64,000 nt of DNA from an uncultured Gemmatimonadales bacterium (GTDB lineage Bacteria; Gemmatimonadota; Gemmatimonadetes; Longimicrobiales; Longimicrobiaceae): assembly GCA_963716255.1 (NCBI GenBank), contig OY970303.1:6080001-6144000 (forward strand), in the 5' to 3' direction. Every line of letters starts with the position of its first letter. The stretch's first letter is position 1. Below are positions 29,781-39,942 of the stretch, piece after piece. The position numbers and the translations under genes were made by a program. Below the pieces are notes generated by a model. That model did no database searches. It had not been told where the DNA came from and saw only the letters and a program-made list of their open reading frames with translations.

Positions 29781-31301
29781 TCAGGCGCCGCCGGGGACGA
29801 GGACCCCCGCCAGCCACTTCCCGGCGGGGTAGACGAACGTGTCGGGACGCGCTTCGTCGTCGCTCCCCGCGGCGACGAACCCCCGCACGGCCAGGTCGTC
29901 GTCCACCGCGGGCGCGCCGCTGGAGCCCGGTGCCAGGAACGCGCGCACGTGGACCAGGTCCGGCACGCGCCCCAGCGGGTTGACGTCGATGGCCGCCGCC
30001 CTGCCGCTCAGGACCGTGCCGGGCGCGAGACCGGTGCGCTCGCCCGCCGCGACCGCGAACTGGAGGGCCTCCCCCTTCTTCAGGGGCTCCGCGCTCGCGC
30101 GCAGCCCCCGGGCGGCCAGCCCGGCGGGCGCTTCCAGCACCCAGGGGCTGAACGGGTGGCCCTTGCCGAGGTGGGATGCGCGGGTCGTCAGGCGCTGTCC
30201 GGAGCCGGTCACCAGGGTGATCCGCTCCGGGTCGAAGCCGCCGGCTCCCGCCAGGTAGCCGTCCGTGACGATCACCCGGGGCTCCGCCAGCAGGAACCCC
30301 GTTCCCGTGGGCGGAGCGTCGTCCGAGAACGCGATGCCGACCGTCGCCGCCGCCAGGTCGTCGATGGTGGTCGCGGCTTCCGCCGCGGCCCCGGGTTCCA
30401 GCTCCGACCGAGCCACCGACCCGCCGACGTCTTCGAGGCCCCTCTCCAGTCCCGTGTTGATCCCGAAGATCGCCGTAAAGTCGGGCGAGGTCCTTTCGCG
30501 CGGGGCGCTCCGGACCACGCGGCGCTTCGCGCGCGTGGCTCCCAGGCGCTCCGCCAGCTCCGTGAACACCTGCTCGAACCCCATCCCGTCCCCCACCACC
30601 GAGCGCAGGTCGTGGTCCGTCTGGAGCGCGTCCGGGGCCGGTGACAGGTTCACGAACCAGATGGCGCCGCCCGCCTCCGTCACCATCTCGCGGATGCGGT
30701 CGTCGCGCAGGCTGTGCCCCACCACCAGGAAGTCGCGCGTGGAAAGCAGGGGCGCCAGCGCCGGGCCGATCTCCCCCAGGTAGTCGTCCATCTCCGCCGG
30801 CGTCCACGCCATGAAGCGGTGGAACAGGTCGCCGTGCAGCTTGACCACCTTGACCCGCGGACTGTGCGCTGCCAGAAGCCAGCGCAGCCGGTCCGTGCGC
30901 AGCACGCCGTTGATCAGCAGCAGGTAGTCCCTGCGGCGCAGGCGGGCGGTGGCGAGCGCGTCGTCCAGCAGCGGGTCGAAGTTGGTGGTGAGCACCACGT
31001 CGAAGTACGCGTGCTCGCAGAGCGCCGCCAGCGCCCGGTAGCCCGCCGTCACCTCGTGCGGGTCCTGCGTCTGGAGGAAGTCGGAAAGCAGGCGGTAGCG
31101 CTCGTTGGGGCTGCGCGTCTCCAGGTAGGCCACGAACTCGGGGAACCCGGGCACGCCGATGAAGTCGTAGAGCGCCTTCATGGTGGCCAGCCCCGCCGCG
31201 GCCGAGGCCCCGGCGCCCAGCAGCACCACCGGCGGCGGCTCGCCCATCCGGCGCCGGCCCTCCAGGTCCCGAACCAGCTCGTCCAGCGTGCGCTCCGCCA
31301 T
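29781..31301 (-). CDS. SIR2-like NADase domain fused to a C-terminal trypsin-like domain
   Basis: N-terminal LLGAGAS, TTNFD, KLHGD and VGHSLRD; C-terminal GTGFLL...VTDGY and PGSSGAP. Confidence 0.82.
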   Translation of the reverse strand: MAERTLDELVRDLEGRRRMGEPPPVVLLGAGASAAAGLATMKALYDFIGVPGFPEFVAYLETRSPNERYRLLSDFLQTQDPHEVTAGYRALAALCEHAYFDVVLTTNFDPLLDDALATARLRRRDYLLLINGVLRTDRLRWLLAAHSPRVKVVKLHGDLFHRFMAWTPAEMDDYLGEIGPALAPLLSTRDFLVVGHSLRDDRIREMVTEAGGAIWFVNLSPAPDALQTDHDLRSVVGDGMGFEQVFTELAERLGATRAKRRVVRSAPRERTSPDFTAIFGINTGLERGLEDVGGSVARSELEPGAAAEAATTIDDLAAATVGIAFSDDAPPTGTGFLLAEPRVIVTDGYLAGAGGFDPERITLVTGSGQRLTTRASHLGKGHPFSPWVLEAPAGLAARGLRASAEPLKKGEALQFAVAAGERTGLAPGTVLSGRAAAIDVNPLGRVPDLVHVRAFLAPGSSGAPAVDDDLAVRGFVAAGSDDEARPDTFVYPAGKWLAGVLVPGGA

Positions 31302-31384
31302 CTATGTACGCCTCACGGGTTCGTCGGCCATGGTTCGTCCGGGGCGCGTACGCGGCATGCCACCGGCCGCGGGGCCGCGCATCG

Positions 31385-31714
31385 TCACGGGTGCGTGTAG
31401 CCGACCTCGAAGTCCGGACCCAGCTCCGCGCGGATGCGCTCCAGCACCTCGCCGGCCGCGCGGCCGAACCGCTCGTATTCCTCCGGCGGCCAGGGGCCCG
31501 GGCCGGCGGGGTCGTCCCAGTCGAGCGACGTGTCGTGCCACACCGACAGCTCCTCCAGGCGCCGCCGCGTTTCCGCGGAAAGCGGGAGCACGTCCTCGAC
31601 GTGTCCCACGTCGAACGCGTCCAGGGCCGCCTGGTTGCCGCACCACAGGCAGCCGCCGCCCCATTCGAACATCAGGCGCAGGCGGTAGCGCGGCGCCGGC
31701 TCCCCCGCGCTCAC
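31385..31714 (-). CDS. Hypothetical acidic protein (109 aa)
   Basis: Globular-looking ORF with GC-rich third positions (MFEWGGGCLW, WHDTSLDWDDP). Confidence 0.65.
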   Translation of the reverse strand: MSAGEPAPRYRLRLMFEWGGGCLWCGNQAALDAFDVGHVEDVLPLSAETRRRLEELSVWHDTSLDWDDPAGPGPWPPEEYERFGRAAGEVLERIRAELGPDFEVGYTHP

Positions 31715-31795
31715 GTTCTCACGCGTCCGCCGGCCGCCGCGCTTCCAACGGCGTCACGCGGACGGACCGGCCGAGGGGGCATCATCTCGCCCGGG

Positions 31796-32251
31796 TCAGA
31801 ACTCGACCAGCTCACCCGTGCCGGTGATGTAGGCGATGGGGCCGATGTACTTGGAGGTCCGTATCCCGCTGCGGGCATTGTAGACGACGGTGACGCCCGC
31901 CGTCTCGTACCGCGTCGTGTCCGCCGACTGCGGCCGCGTCCCGCATCCCTTGGAGACGTGTCCGACGTCGCTGATCCTGACGCCGGTGTCGCCCCCCACG
32001 CGGTCGACGCGCAGGGAGGCGATCCGCAGGCAGCTCGCCGAGTCCCGTCCCACGGTCCAGCTGACACGCACCGATGCCTTTTTGCTCTCCGGCCCCACCG
32101 GTACGGTGTCCGAATACGCCGCGCCCGGCACGGGTGCGAGCCGCACACCCGGCTCGGGTGCCTGGTACAGGGGCATCTGCGCTTTCTGGACCTCCCCCCC
32201 GCAGCCGGCGGCGAGGAGCGCCACGGCCGCGCAGGCCACGAGCATCTTCAT
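31796..32251 (-). CDS. Hypothetical lipoprotein
   Basis: MKMLVACAAVALLAAGC lipobox. Confidence 0.65.
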   Translation of the reverse strand: MKMLVACAAVALLAAGCGGEVQKAQMPLYQAPEPGVRLAPVPGAAYSDTVPVGPESKKASVRVSWTVGRDSASCLRIASLRVDRVGGDTGVRISDVGHVSKGCGTRPQSADTTRYETAGVTVVYNARSGIRTSKYIGPIAYITGTGELVEF

Positions 32252-32330
32252 GGTTCCCCCGGAAGTGAAGGCGAGTGCGCCGCTGCGAGCTCGTGACCGG
32301 CCCCGGTGCCGGGGAGCACTTCGTTTCGGG

Positions 32331-33134
32331 TCACACATCCGCCGGCCACTGCCCGTCGAAGGCCACCACGCGGGCGAACGCCGCCTCGCCGCCCTGGAAC
32401 TTCCAGGGGAAGCAGCCGATGACCAGCCTGCGGTTCTGGATCTCCGGGGCGCTGATCTCGCCGCCCAGGTTCTCGATGTGCATGCAGTTGTGGCCGAACA
32501 GCCTGTTGTGCGTGAGCTGGTAGTCCTCGTCCGGGAAGAGGCGCGCCACCTCCTCCGGCCCGCCGAACTTGGCCTCCGCCGCGGCGCGCACGCGGTCGCA
32601 GTGGCCGTGCATCCCCTTGCCCAGGAAGCGGCCGATGGGCAGGTCCATGGGGTGGTCGGTGCTGACCACGTCCACCCCCCAGATGTGGATCTCCTTTTCC
32701 AGCAGCCAGGGCACCATGTCCGGGTGCGCCCCGGGGTGCATGTGGATGTACTTCTCCTCGTCCGCCTCGTCGCCCCACTGCGCGTAGCGGTGCCAGCCGG
32801 TGTGCAGGATCAGGCGGTCGCCCTTCCGCACCTCCACCCGGTCCTCGATCATCTTTGGCGTATACAGCGCCAGCTCGTCCATCTCGTCCGTGAGGTCCAC
32901 CACCACGCCGGGTCCGCACAGCCACTCCATGGGGATCTGGTCGATGGTCATCCCCTTGGTCACGAAGTGGCGCGGGGCGTCCAGGTGGGTGCCCATGTGG
33001 TTGCTGGTCATGATGTACTGCGCGTTGACCCCGTGCTCCGCCTTGCGCTTGATGTACTTCACCTCGAAGGGCGGGTAGTACGGCCAGAACGGCGCCTGCT
33101 CGTTCAGCGGCTGCGACAGGTCGTAGATTTTCAT
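32331..33134 (-). CDS. Cyclase-family (kynurenine formamidase-like) metal hydrolase
   Basis: YDLSQP, HMGTHLDAPRH and HIENL motifs. Confidence 0.9.
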   Translation of the reverse strand: MKIYDLSQPLNEQAPFWPYYPPFEVKYIKRKAEHGVNAQYIMTSNHMGTHLDAPRHFVTKGMTIDQIPMEWLCGPGVVVDLTDEMDELALYTPKMIEDRVEVRKGDRLILHTGWHRYAQWGDEADEEKYIHMHPGAHPDMVPWLLEKEIHIWGVDVVSTDHPMDLPIGRFLGKGMHGHCDRVRAAAEAKFGGPEEVARLFPDEDYQLTHNRLFGHNCMHIENLGGEISAPEIQNRRLVIGCFPWKFQGGEAAFARVVAFDGQWPADV

Positions 33135-33182
33135 TCGGGTGTCTGCGGTTCCGGGTGTGGTGAAGGCAACTGCTGAACTGCC

Positions 33183-33320
33183 GGGTTCGGGCGTGCCCCC
33201 GGCTGACGCCGGGGTCGGGCTTCGGCTCCGTAAGCCAGCAAACAACGCTGGCTAACGGAGTCGAGCCCCCGCGAAACTGCCCGCGGGGTCTCGCCCCTTC
33301 GGGCCGAAATCCCTCACGCG
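33183..33320 (+). repeat. Family A element, copy 7
   Basis: Stem agccagc/gctggct; antisense to the flanking genes. Confidence 0.92.
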
Positions 33321-33372
33321 ACTGCCGTCTCATGCGACTGCGAACTGCGCGCCAGGCGGTCGCTGCGTGCGG

Positions 33373-34728
33373 TCAGCTGCCCGGCGGCACCTCCTCCTCG
33401 CCGGCGAGGGTGGCGAGCGGCTCGGCGCGGAACATCACCTGGGGGCCGTCCACGGCGAGGTGCCATACGGGCGCGCCGTCGGGCGTGACCTCGTAGACCT
33501 CGATGGGGCCGGAGGCGCCCGCGAGCCCCGCGCTCGTCCCGAAGCCCACCAGCGTGTTGCCGCCGGGGAGCCGGCGCGCCGAGCTGACGACGGCGGCGAA
33601 GTTGGGGCGCGCGGGGCGCCACTCCCACACCCGCCGCGCCGCGGGCCCGGTGATGTCGAATTCCACCGCGCGGGACGTGCCACCCTGCTCGTGGCGGTTG
33701 TCGAACATCACCACCCGCCCCGGCGCGACCTCGCGCGCCGTGTGCTGCCCGGTGAACTCCTCGCCCGCCGGCACGGGGATGGTCGCGTTCACCCCGCCCA
33801 TGCGCCACTCCACCGGCCCCCAGCCGGGCGCGACCGAGAACACCTGGTTCCAGTAGTGCACGCTCACCAGCAGGTTGCCGCGCGGGCCCAGGGCGAGGGC
33901 GTTGGCGTGAAGCCACTCGCCGCCCTGGCCGTGGCGGGGGCCGCGGTCGCGCTCCGGCGAGAAGTGGTCCCACGACGTCCACCGCCGCGCCAGCGTCCCC
34001 GCCTCCGGCGACCACTCCCACACCGCGTCCCCCAGGAGCGAGACCCCGCCCGCGGGGCGCCGGTCGAAGGCGATCACCAGCAGCGTGTTGTCCGGGGTCG
34101 CGATCACGTCGTGGTGCATCTCGCCGCGCGCGCCGTCCTGCGCCAGCTCGCGCACCACGGCGCCGGCGGGCGTCACCTCCACCAGCCCCCGCAGCTGGTC
34201 CAGGAAGACGAAGTCGCCGTTCGCGCGCCGCGCCGTCCCGTAGGCCACGCCCTGGCCGCGCCAGTACCACACCACCTCCCCCGTGGCGTCCACCGCCACC
34301 TGCCCCCGGAAGCCGTCCGGCCGGAACACGGCGAGCAGCACCAGCGGCGTCGTGGGCGTGCCCGTGGCCGCGAGCCGCAGCTGCGCCAGCTCCGCCGGCA
34401 GCGGCGCCGTGGCGAAGGTCCCCTCGCGGTCCGTCCCCCGGATCCGCCACGTGTACGTGCGCCCCGCGCGCAGCCGCGCCAGCAGCATCGCGTGCGACGC
34501 GGCGCGCGGCGAGCGGACGCGCAGCCGCGGCCCCTCCCCGCTCCAGTAGTCCACCACCAGCGAGTCCGCCCGGGCCAGCTCCACCTCCAGCGTCCGCGCC
34601 AGCGGCCCCGCTTCCGCCACCGCCGCCGCCGTCACCTCCGGCCGGCGCGCGTCCGTGACGCCGTCGCACCCTGCCGCCAGCGCGGCCAGGAGCGGCAGCC
34701 ACGCGGGCGCGAGCCGGCGCGGTCTCAC
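33373..34728 (-). CDS. Arylsulfotransferase (ASST)-like lipoprotein
   Basis: LAAGC lipobox; HHD, WLHANAL, GQHTA, FDN and SSARRLPGGNTLV motifs. Confidence 0.78.
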   Translation of the reverse strand: MRPRRLAPAWLPLLAALAAGCDGVTDARRPEVTAAAVAEAGPLARTLEVELARADSLVVDYWSGEGPRLRVRSPRAASHAMLLARLRAGRTYTWRIRGTDREGTFATAPLPAELAQLRLAATGTPTTPLVLLAVFRPDGFRGQVAVDATGEVVWYWRGQGVAYGTARRANGDFVFLDQLRGLVEVTPAGAVVRELAQDGARGEMHHDVIATPDNTLLVIAFDRRPAGGVSLLGDAVWEWSPEAGTLARRWTSWDHFSPERDRGPRHGQGGEWLHANALALGPRGNLLVSVHYWNQVFSVAPGWGPVEWRMGGVNATIPVPAGEEFTGQHTAREVAPGRVVMFDNRHEQGGTSRAVEFDITGPAARRVWEWRPARPNFAAVVSSARRLPGGNTLVGFGTSAGLAGASGPIEVYEVTPDGAPVWHLAVDGPQVMFRAEPLATLAGEEEVPPGS

Positions 34729-36200
34729 CCCGCCCCCGTCGCGGCGGGCGCCGGGCGCGCCTCCGCCGCGGGAGCCGGGCGCATGAGCGCGTAGTAGACC
34801 GCGAGCGACACCAGCGTGGCCGAGAACCACGCCCCGTCGAACAGGAAGCGCAGGCCGGGCGCCGCCAGCCCCACCAGCGCCACCCCCACCCCGGCGGCGA
34901 GGGCGACCAGGGCACGCGGGTTGACGCCGTCGCGGTAGCGGTAGGGACCGTGCTCGTCGTACAGGCCGCGCACGTCCAGGCGGCCGCGGCGCACCAGCGC
35001 GTAGTCGCACAGGATCACGCCGCCCACCGCGCCCAGCAGCCCGCCGTAGGTGAGGAGCCACCCCTGGTACAGGTCCAGCAGCTTCCAGGGAAAGATCAGC
35101 AGCCCCGTGACGGCGGCGATCACGCCCCCCGCGCGGAAGGTGATGCGCCGCGGCGCCAGGTTGGCGAGCGTGAAGGCCGGGGAAACGATGTTGGCGGCGA
35201 TGTTGGTGGTCAGCGTCGCCACGGCGATCACCACCATGGACACGATCCCCAGCCAGGCGCTCCCCCCCTCGCGCGTCAGCCGCGCCACCAGCTCCACCGG
35301 GTTCCAGATCGCCTCGCCGTACACCACGACGGTCGCGCCCGTCACGGCGATGCCGATGAAGGCGAAGAGCGGCATCGTCGTCAGGAGCCCCAGCGCCTGG
35401 CCCACCGTCTGGTCTCGCTGGCTGCGGGCGTAGCGCGTGAAGTCGCTGATGTTGAGCGAGAGCGTGGCCCAGTACCCCACCATCGCCGTCACCCAGGGGA
35501 GGAAGACGCCCAGGGTGAACCCGCTGCCGGGCCCGCCGCTCCCGGCGGAAAGCGAGTCCGCGCCGGCCAGCATCCGCCCCCACCCGCCGGACGCCGCCGC
35601 CCCCCACCAGAGCAGCGCCAGCCCCGCCGCGATCAGCAGCGGCGCGGAGATCGTTTCCAGCCAGCGGATCCCCTCCGTGCCCTTGTACACGAACCACAGG
35701 TTCAGCGCCCAGAAGAGGAGGAAGGCCAGGTACTGCGGCGCCCCGTGCCCCATGAGCGTCCACCCGCCGCCCAGCCGCGCCCAGCCGGGCCACAGCGTCG
35801 CCAGGATCACGTCGATCGCCATCCCGCCCACCCACGTCTGGATCCCGAACCAGCCGCACGCCACCACCGCGCGCAGCACGGCCGGGATGTGCGCCCCCCG
35901 CGTGCCGAACGAGGCGCGCGCGTACACGGGGAAGGGGATCCCGTAGCGGGTCCCGGCGTGCGCGTTGACCACCAGCGGCACCCACACGATGGCGTTGCCC
36001 AGCAGCACGGCCAGCAGCGCCAGCCGCCAGCCGAGCCCCGCCTGGATCATCCCCGCGGCCAGCATGTAGCTGGGGATGCACACGCTCATCCCCACCCACA
36101 GCGACGCGATGTGCCACAGGTTCCAGGTGCGCTGCTCCGGCGGCGTGGGCGCCAGGTCCGGGCTCGTCAGCGCCCCGGCGGGGAGATCCGCGGTGCTCAC
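34725..36200 (-). CDS. NCS1-family nucleobase/hydantoin permease
   Basis: LWVGMSVCIPSY, GIPFPVYARASFG, CGWFGIQTW, WATLSLNISDFTRY and NIAANIVSP motifs. Confidence 0.93.
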   Translation of the reverse strand: MSTADLPAGALTSPDLAPTPPEQRTWNLWHIASLWVGMSVCIPSYMLAAGMIQAGLGWRLALLAVLLGNAIVWVPLVVNAHAGTRYGIPFPVYARASFGTRGAHIPAVLRAVVACGWFGIQTWVGGMAIDVILATLWPGWARLGGGWTLMGHGAPQYLAFLLFWALNLWFVYKGTEGIRWLETISAPLLIAAGLALLWWGAAASGGWGRMLAGADSLSAGSGGPGSGFTLGVFLPWVTAMVGYWATLSLNISDFTRYARSQRDQTVGQALGLLTTMPLFAFIGIAVTGATVVVYGEAIWNPVELVARLTREGGSAWLGIVSMVVIAVATLTTNIAANIVSPAFTLANLAPRRITFRAGGVIAAVTGLLIFPWKLLDLYQGWLLTYGGLLGAVGGVILCDYALVRRGRLDVRGLYDEHGPYRYRDGVNPRALVALAAGVGVALVGLAAPGLRFLFDGAWFSATLVSLAVYYALMRPAPAAEARPAPAATGAG

Positions 36201-37078
36201 GGCACGGTCGCCGCGCGGGCGCGCTCGAAGGCGCGCGGGAGGACGCGGCGCACCAGCACCCCGGCGAGCTGGCGGCGGTACGCGGCGGAGGCGTGGATGT
36301 CGGCGGGGGGATCGATCTCGCGCTCCACGGCGTCGGCGGCGGCGCGGACGGCGGCGTCCGTGGGCTCGGCGCCCAGCAGCGCGGCGGCCGCCCCCCCGGC
36401 CAGCACCGGCCCCTCGCCCACGCTCAGCAGCGCGATGCGCGCGCCGCTGCACCGTCCGGCCGCGTCCAGCACCACCGTCGCGGCCACCCCGGCGAGCGCG
36501 TAGTCGCCGTGGCGGCGCGACACCTCGCCGAAGGCCCAGCCGCTCCCCGGCGCCGGCGCGGCAATCTCCACCTCCGTCAGCAGCTCGTCCGGCTCCAGCG
36601 CCGTGCCGAAGAGCCCGGTGAAGAACTCCCCCGCACTCACCGTGCGGCTTCCGCCCGGTCCGCGCAGGTGGAAACGGGCGTCCAGCGCCAGCATCACGGC
36701 CGGGATCTCGGCCGCGGGATCCGCGTGGGCGATGCTGCCGCCCACCGTGCCGCGGTTGCGGATCTGCGGGTGGGCCACGAAGGGGAGCGTTTCCACCAGG
36801 AGCGGCGCCCCCCGCGCCACCCCCGGGCTGCGCTCCGCGGCGCGCTGCCGGGTCATGGCGCCCATCCGCAGCACGCCGCCCTCCTCGCGCAGCTCCGCGA
36901 GCCCCGCCACCCGCTCCAGGTCGATGAGCACCGCCGGCAGCGCCAGGCGGAAGTTCATCGCGGGGACCAGGCTCTGCCCGCCGGCGAGCAGCTTGGCGTC
37001 GGGGCCGTGCTGCGCCAGCAGCCCCGTCACCTCGTCCACGGTGGCGGGGCGGTGGTACTCGAACGGGGCGGGCTTCAC
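36197..37078 (-). CDS. Xanthine dehydrogenase family FAD subunit (CoxM-like)
   Basis: KPAPFEY, AGGQSL and IRNRGTVGGSIAHADP motifs. Confidence 0.93.
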   Translation of the reverse strand: MKPAPFEYHRPATVDEVTGLLAQHGPDAKLLAGGQSLVPAMNFRLALPAVLIDLERVAGLAELREEGGVLRMGAMTRQRAAERSPGVARGAPLLVETLPFVAHPQIRNRGTVGGSIAHADPAAEIPAVMLALDARFHLRGPGGSRTVSAGEFFTGLFGTALEPDELLTEVEIAAPAPGSGWAFGEVSRRHGDYALAGVAATVVLDAAGRCSGARIALLSVGEGPVLAGGAAAALLGAEPTDAAVRAAADAVEREIDPPADIHASAAYRRQLAGVLVRRVLPRAFERARAATVP

Positions 37079-37539
37079 GCGCCCTCCGCCAGGCGCCGCT
37101 CCAGCTCGCCCCCCAGCGCGTTCAGGCCGCGCTGCGTCATCATCTTCGCCACCTGGTCGATGAGCCGCTGCCCCACGCCCGCCACCTTTCCGCCCACCTG
37201 CAGGTCGGCGTGGTAGCGCATTCGCGTCGCGCCCCCGCCGTCCGCCTCCGCCAGGTCCACCGTCGCCGAGCCGCGGGTGAAGCCGATGGGCCCCTTGCTG
37301 TCCACCTGCATCACGTAGTGCTCCGGGGCGACCCGGTCCTCCAGCGTCACGGACAGCTTCCACTCCGCCGCGGTGACCGGGCCCACGCCCACGCGGATGG
37401 AGCCCTCGTACGCGCCGTCGCCCACCAGCGCCAGCTTCGCCGCGCCGGGCATGGCCTTGGACAGCACCTCGGGGTCCTGCAGCAGCGCCCAGACGACCTC
37501 CCGCGGGCCGGGGAAGACGTGTTCTCCGTCCACGATCAT
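37075..37539 (-). CDS. CoxG / SRPBCC-family protein
   Basis: VWALLQDPEVL..AMPG and VGGKVAGVGQRLI motifs. Confidence 0.88.
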   Translation of the reverse strand: MIVDGEHVFPGPREVVWALLQDPEVLSKAMPGAAKLALVGDGAYEGSIRVGVGPVTAAEWKLSVTLEDRVAPEHYVMQVDSKGPIGFTRGSATVDLAEADGGGATRMRYHADLQVGGKVAGVGQRLIDQVAKMMTQRGLNALGGELERRLAEGA

Positions 37540-39905
37540 CGCTGGGCCTCCTGGAGGTGGGGAAGGGGAGCGCCCGGGGCGGCGCGGATCAGGTCGAAGA
37601 GCTGGTCGGGGCTCAGCGGGATCTCGGTGATCTCCACGCCGAGGTCGGAAAGGGCATCCTCCACCGCCTGCGCGAAGGCCGCGCCGGCGGGGATCGCCCC
37701 GGCCTCGCCCACGCCCTTGAGCCCCAGCGGGTTCATGGGCGCCGGGGTCTCCATGTGCGCCATCTCCACGCGGGGCACGTCCATGGCGGTGGGGAGGAGG
37801 TAGTCCATGAACGAGGCGTTCTGGAGCTGCCCCTGGTCGTCGTACACCAGCTTCTCGTAGAAGGCGTTGCCGATCCCGTGGGCCACGCCGCCCTGCACCT
37901 GCCCCTCCACCAGCTGCGGGTTGATGAGGCGCCCGCAGTCGTGCACCACCACGTAGCGCAGGATCTCCACCATGGCCGTCTCCGGGTCCACCTCCACCAC
38001 CATGGCGTGCACCCCGCTGGCGGTGCTCCCGTGGTCCGGGCCGAAGTACGCCGTGGCCTCCAGCCCCGGCTCCGTCCCCGGCTTCACCGCGCCGCGCAGC
38101 GGGTTGGCGTGGCTGGCCAGCTCGCCCAGCGACAGCGAGCGCTCCGGGACGCCGCGCACGGCCACGCGCCCGTCGGCCAGGTCGATCTGCTCCTCGTCGG
38201 CGCCCAGCACGCGGGCGGCCATGGCCAGGATCTTTTCCCGCACTTTGACCGCGGCGGCATGGCAGGCGCTCCCCGCCACCACCGCGCCGCGGCTGGCGAA
38301 GGTCCCCGTCCCCCACCCGAACTCGCGCGTGTCCCCGGTCACCACGTGCACCAGTTCCACGTCCACGTCCAGCGCCTCGGCCACGATCTGCGCGAAGGCG
38401 GTGTAGTGCCCCTGCCCCTGCGTCCCCAGCCCGGTCGCCACGCGCACCCGGCCGCTGGGGTCCACCGTCACGCGCGCGCCCTCGTACGGCCCGATCCCCG
38501 TCCCCTCGATGTACGACACCACGCCCACCCCCACCCGCCGCCCCTCGGCGCGCAGGCGCAGCTGCTCCTCGCGCAGCTGGTCGTAGCCGATCATGCGCAC
38601 CGCCGTTTCCAGCGCCGGCAGGTAGTTGCCGCTGTCGTAGTAGAGCGGGGCGAAGTCCTGGTAGAGGATGTCGAAGTTCTTGGGGAAGAGCTCCGCGCCC
38701 AGGTAGTTGCGCCTGCGGATCTCCACCGGGTCCATCCCCAGCTCCCGCGCCGCGATGTCCAGCAGCCGCTCCATCACGAACACGCCGTGCTGGCGCCCGG
38801 CCCCGCGCACCGGCGTGACGATGGTCTTGTTGGTGAAGACCGCGCGGAACTCGCTGTGATAGGCCGGGACGTCGTACGGCCCCAGGAGCGTGCACTGGCT
38901 GTTGATGGGGATGGTGAGGCCGTACGGGTCGTAGGCCCCGCAGTCGTGCAGGAAGGTGTCGTGGATTCCCAGGATGCGCCCGTCGCGGTCCAGCGCCATC
39001 TCCGCCTCGTGCACCTGCCCGCGCTCCTGGGTGGTGGCGAAGAAGTTCTCCTGGCGGTCCTCGGTCCATTTCACCGGGCGCCCCAGCCGCATGGCCGCCC
39101 AGGGGACCAGCAGCTCCTCCGGGTAGAACATCATGATCTTGGGCCCGAAGCCGCCCCCCACGAAGGGCGCCACCACCCGCACCTGCGACTCCAGCAGCCC
39201 CAGCATCCGCGCCAGCCCGTTGCGGATGGGGATGGGCGCCTGCGTGGTGTCCCACACGGTGAGGTCCACCCCCAGCGGGTCCCACACGGCGGCCACCGCG
39301 CGGTTTTCCATGGCGGCGGCGGCGCCCCGGTCGTACAGGAAGCGGCGGGCGATCACCACGTCCGCCGCGTCGCGGGCCCGCCGGTAGTCGCCGTGCCGCT
39401 GCACCACCCGGGCGGCCATGTTGGTCCCGAAGCGCTCGTGCACCAGCGGCGCGTCCTCCGCCAGCGCGGCCTCCAGGTCCACCACCGCGTCCAGCGGCTC
39501 GTAGTCCACCACGATGTCGGCGAGCGCGTCCTCCGCCACGTAGCGGCTTGCCGCCACCACCATGGCGATGGGCTCGCCCACGTGGCGCACCTTGTCCTTC
39601 GCCAGCGGGACCTGCGTGGCCTCGTGGAAGACGATCCCCTCCACGGGCGGTGGCGGGACCAGGAGCGGGCCCGGGCACCAGTAGTCGCCCAGGTCCTCCG
39701 CCGTGTACACCGCCACCACGCCGGGGCGCTCCAGCGCCGCCGACGCGTCCACGCCGCGCAGCAGGGCGTGCGCGTGGTCGCTGCGCAGAAAGGCCACGTG
39801 CAGCATCCCGGGGAGCTGCACGTCGTCCACGAACAGCGCGTGGCCCGTGAGGAGCCGGTGGTCTTCGTTCCGCTTGACCCGCTCGCCTACGTACCTTCGC
39901 GTCAC
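37536..39905 (-). CDS. Xanthine dehydrogenase family molybdopterin subunit (CoxL-like, not form I CODH)
   Basis: VGGGFGPK, PVRGAGR active-site loop, QGQGH, DCG..INP..VEGQ and KGVGE motifs. Confidence 0.93.
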   Translation of the reverse strand: MTRRYVGERVKRNEDHRLLTGHALFVDDVQLPGMLHVAFLRSDHAHALLRGVDASAALERPGVVAVYTAEDLGDYWCPGPLLVPPPPVEGIVFHEATQVPLAKDKVRHVGEPIAMVVAASRYVAEDALADIVVDYEPLDAVVDLEAALAEDAPLVHERFGTNMAARVVQRHGDYRRARDAADVVIARRFLYDRGAAAAMENRAVAAVWDPLGVDLTVWDTTQAPIPIRNGLARMLGLLESQVRVVAPFVGGGFGPKIMMFYPEELLVPWAAMRLGRPVKWTEDRQENFFATTQERGQVHEAEMALDRDGRILGIHDTFLHDCGAYDPYGLTIPINSQCTLLGPYDVPAYHSEFRAVFTNKTIVTPVRGAGRQHGVFVMERLLDIAARELGMDPVEIRRRNYLGAELFPKNFDILYQDFAPLYYDSGNYLPALETAVRMIGYDQLREEQLRLRAEGRRVGVGVVSYIEGTGIGPYEGARVTVDPSGRVRVATGLGTQGQGHYTAFAQIVAEALDVDVELVHVVTGDTREFGWGTGTFASRGAVVAGSACHAAAVKVREKILAMAARVLGADEEQIDLADGRVAVRGVPERSLSLGELASHANPLRGAVKPGTEPGLEATAYFGPDHGSTASGVHAMVVEVDPETAMVEILRYVVVHDCGRLINPQLVEGQVQGGVAHGIGNAFYEKLVYDDQGQLQNASFMDYLLPTAMDVPRVEMAHMETPAPMNPLGLKGVGEAGAIPAGAAFAQAVEDALSDLGVEITEIPLSPDQLFDLIRAAPGAPLPHLQEAQR

Positions 39906-39942
39906 TGTGCCTTCCCGGGTTCGGGGTTCCGGCGGGTGCGGC

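Noticed and set aside
37536..39905. Aerobic CO dehydrogenase (form I)
   Set aside because: The active-site loop is VRGAGR, not AYxCSFR. The gene order and NCS1 context point to another Mo-hydroxylase.
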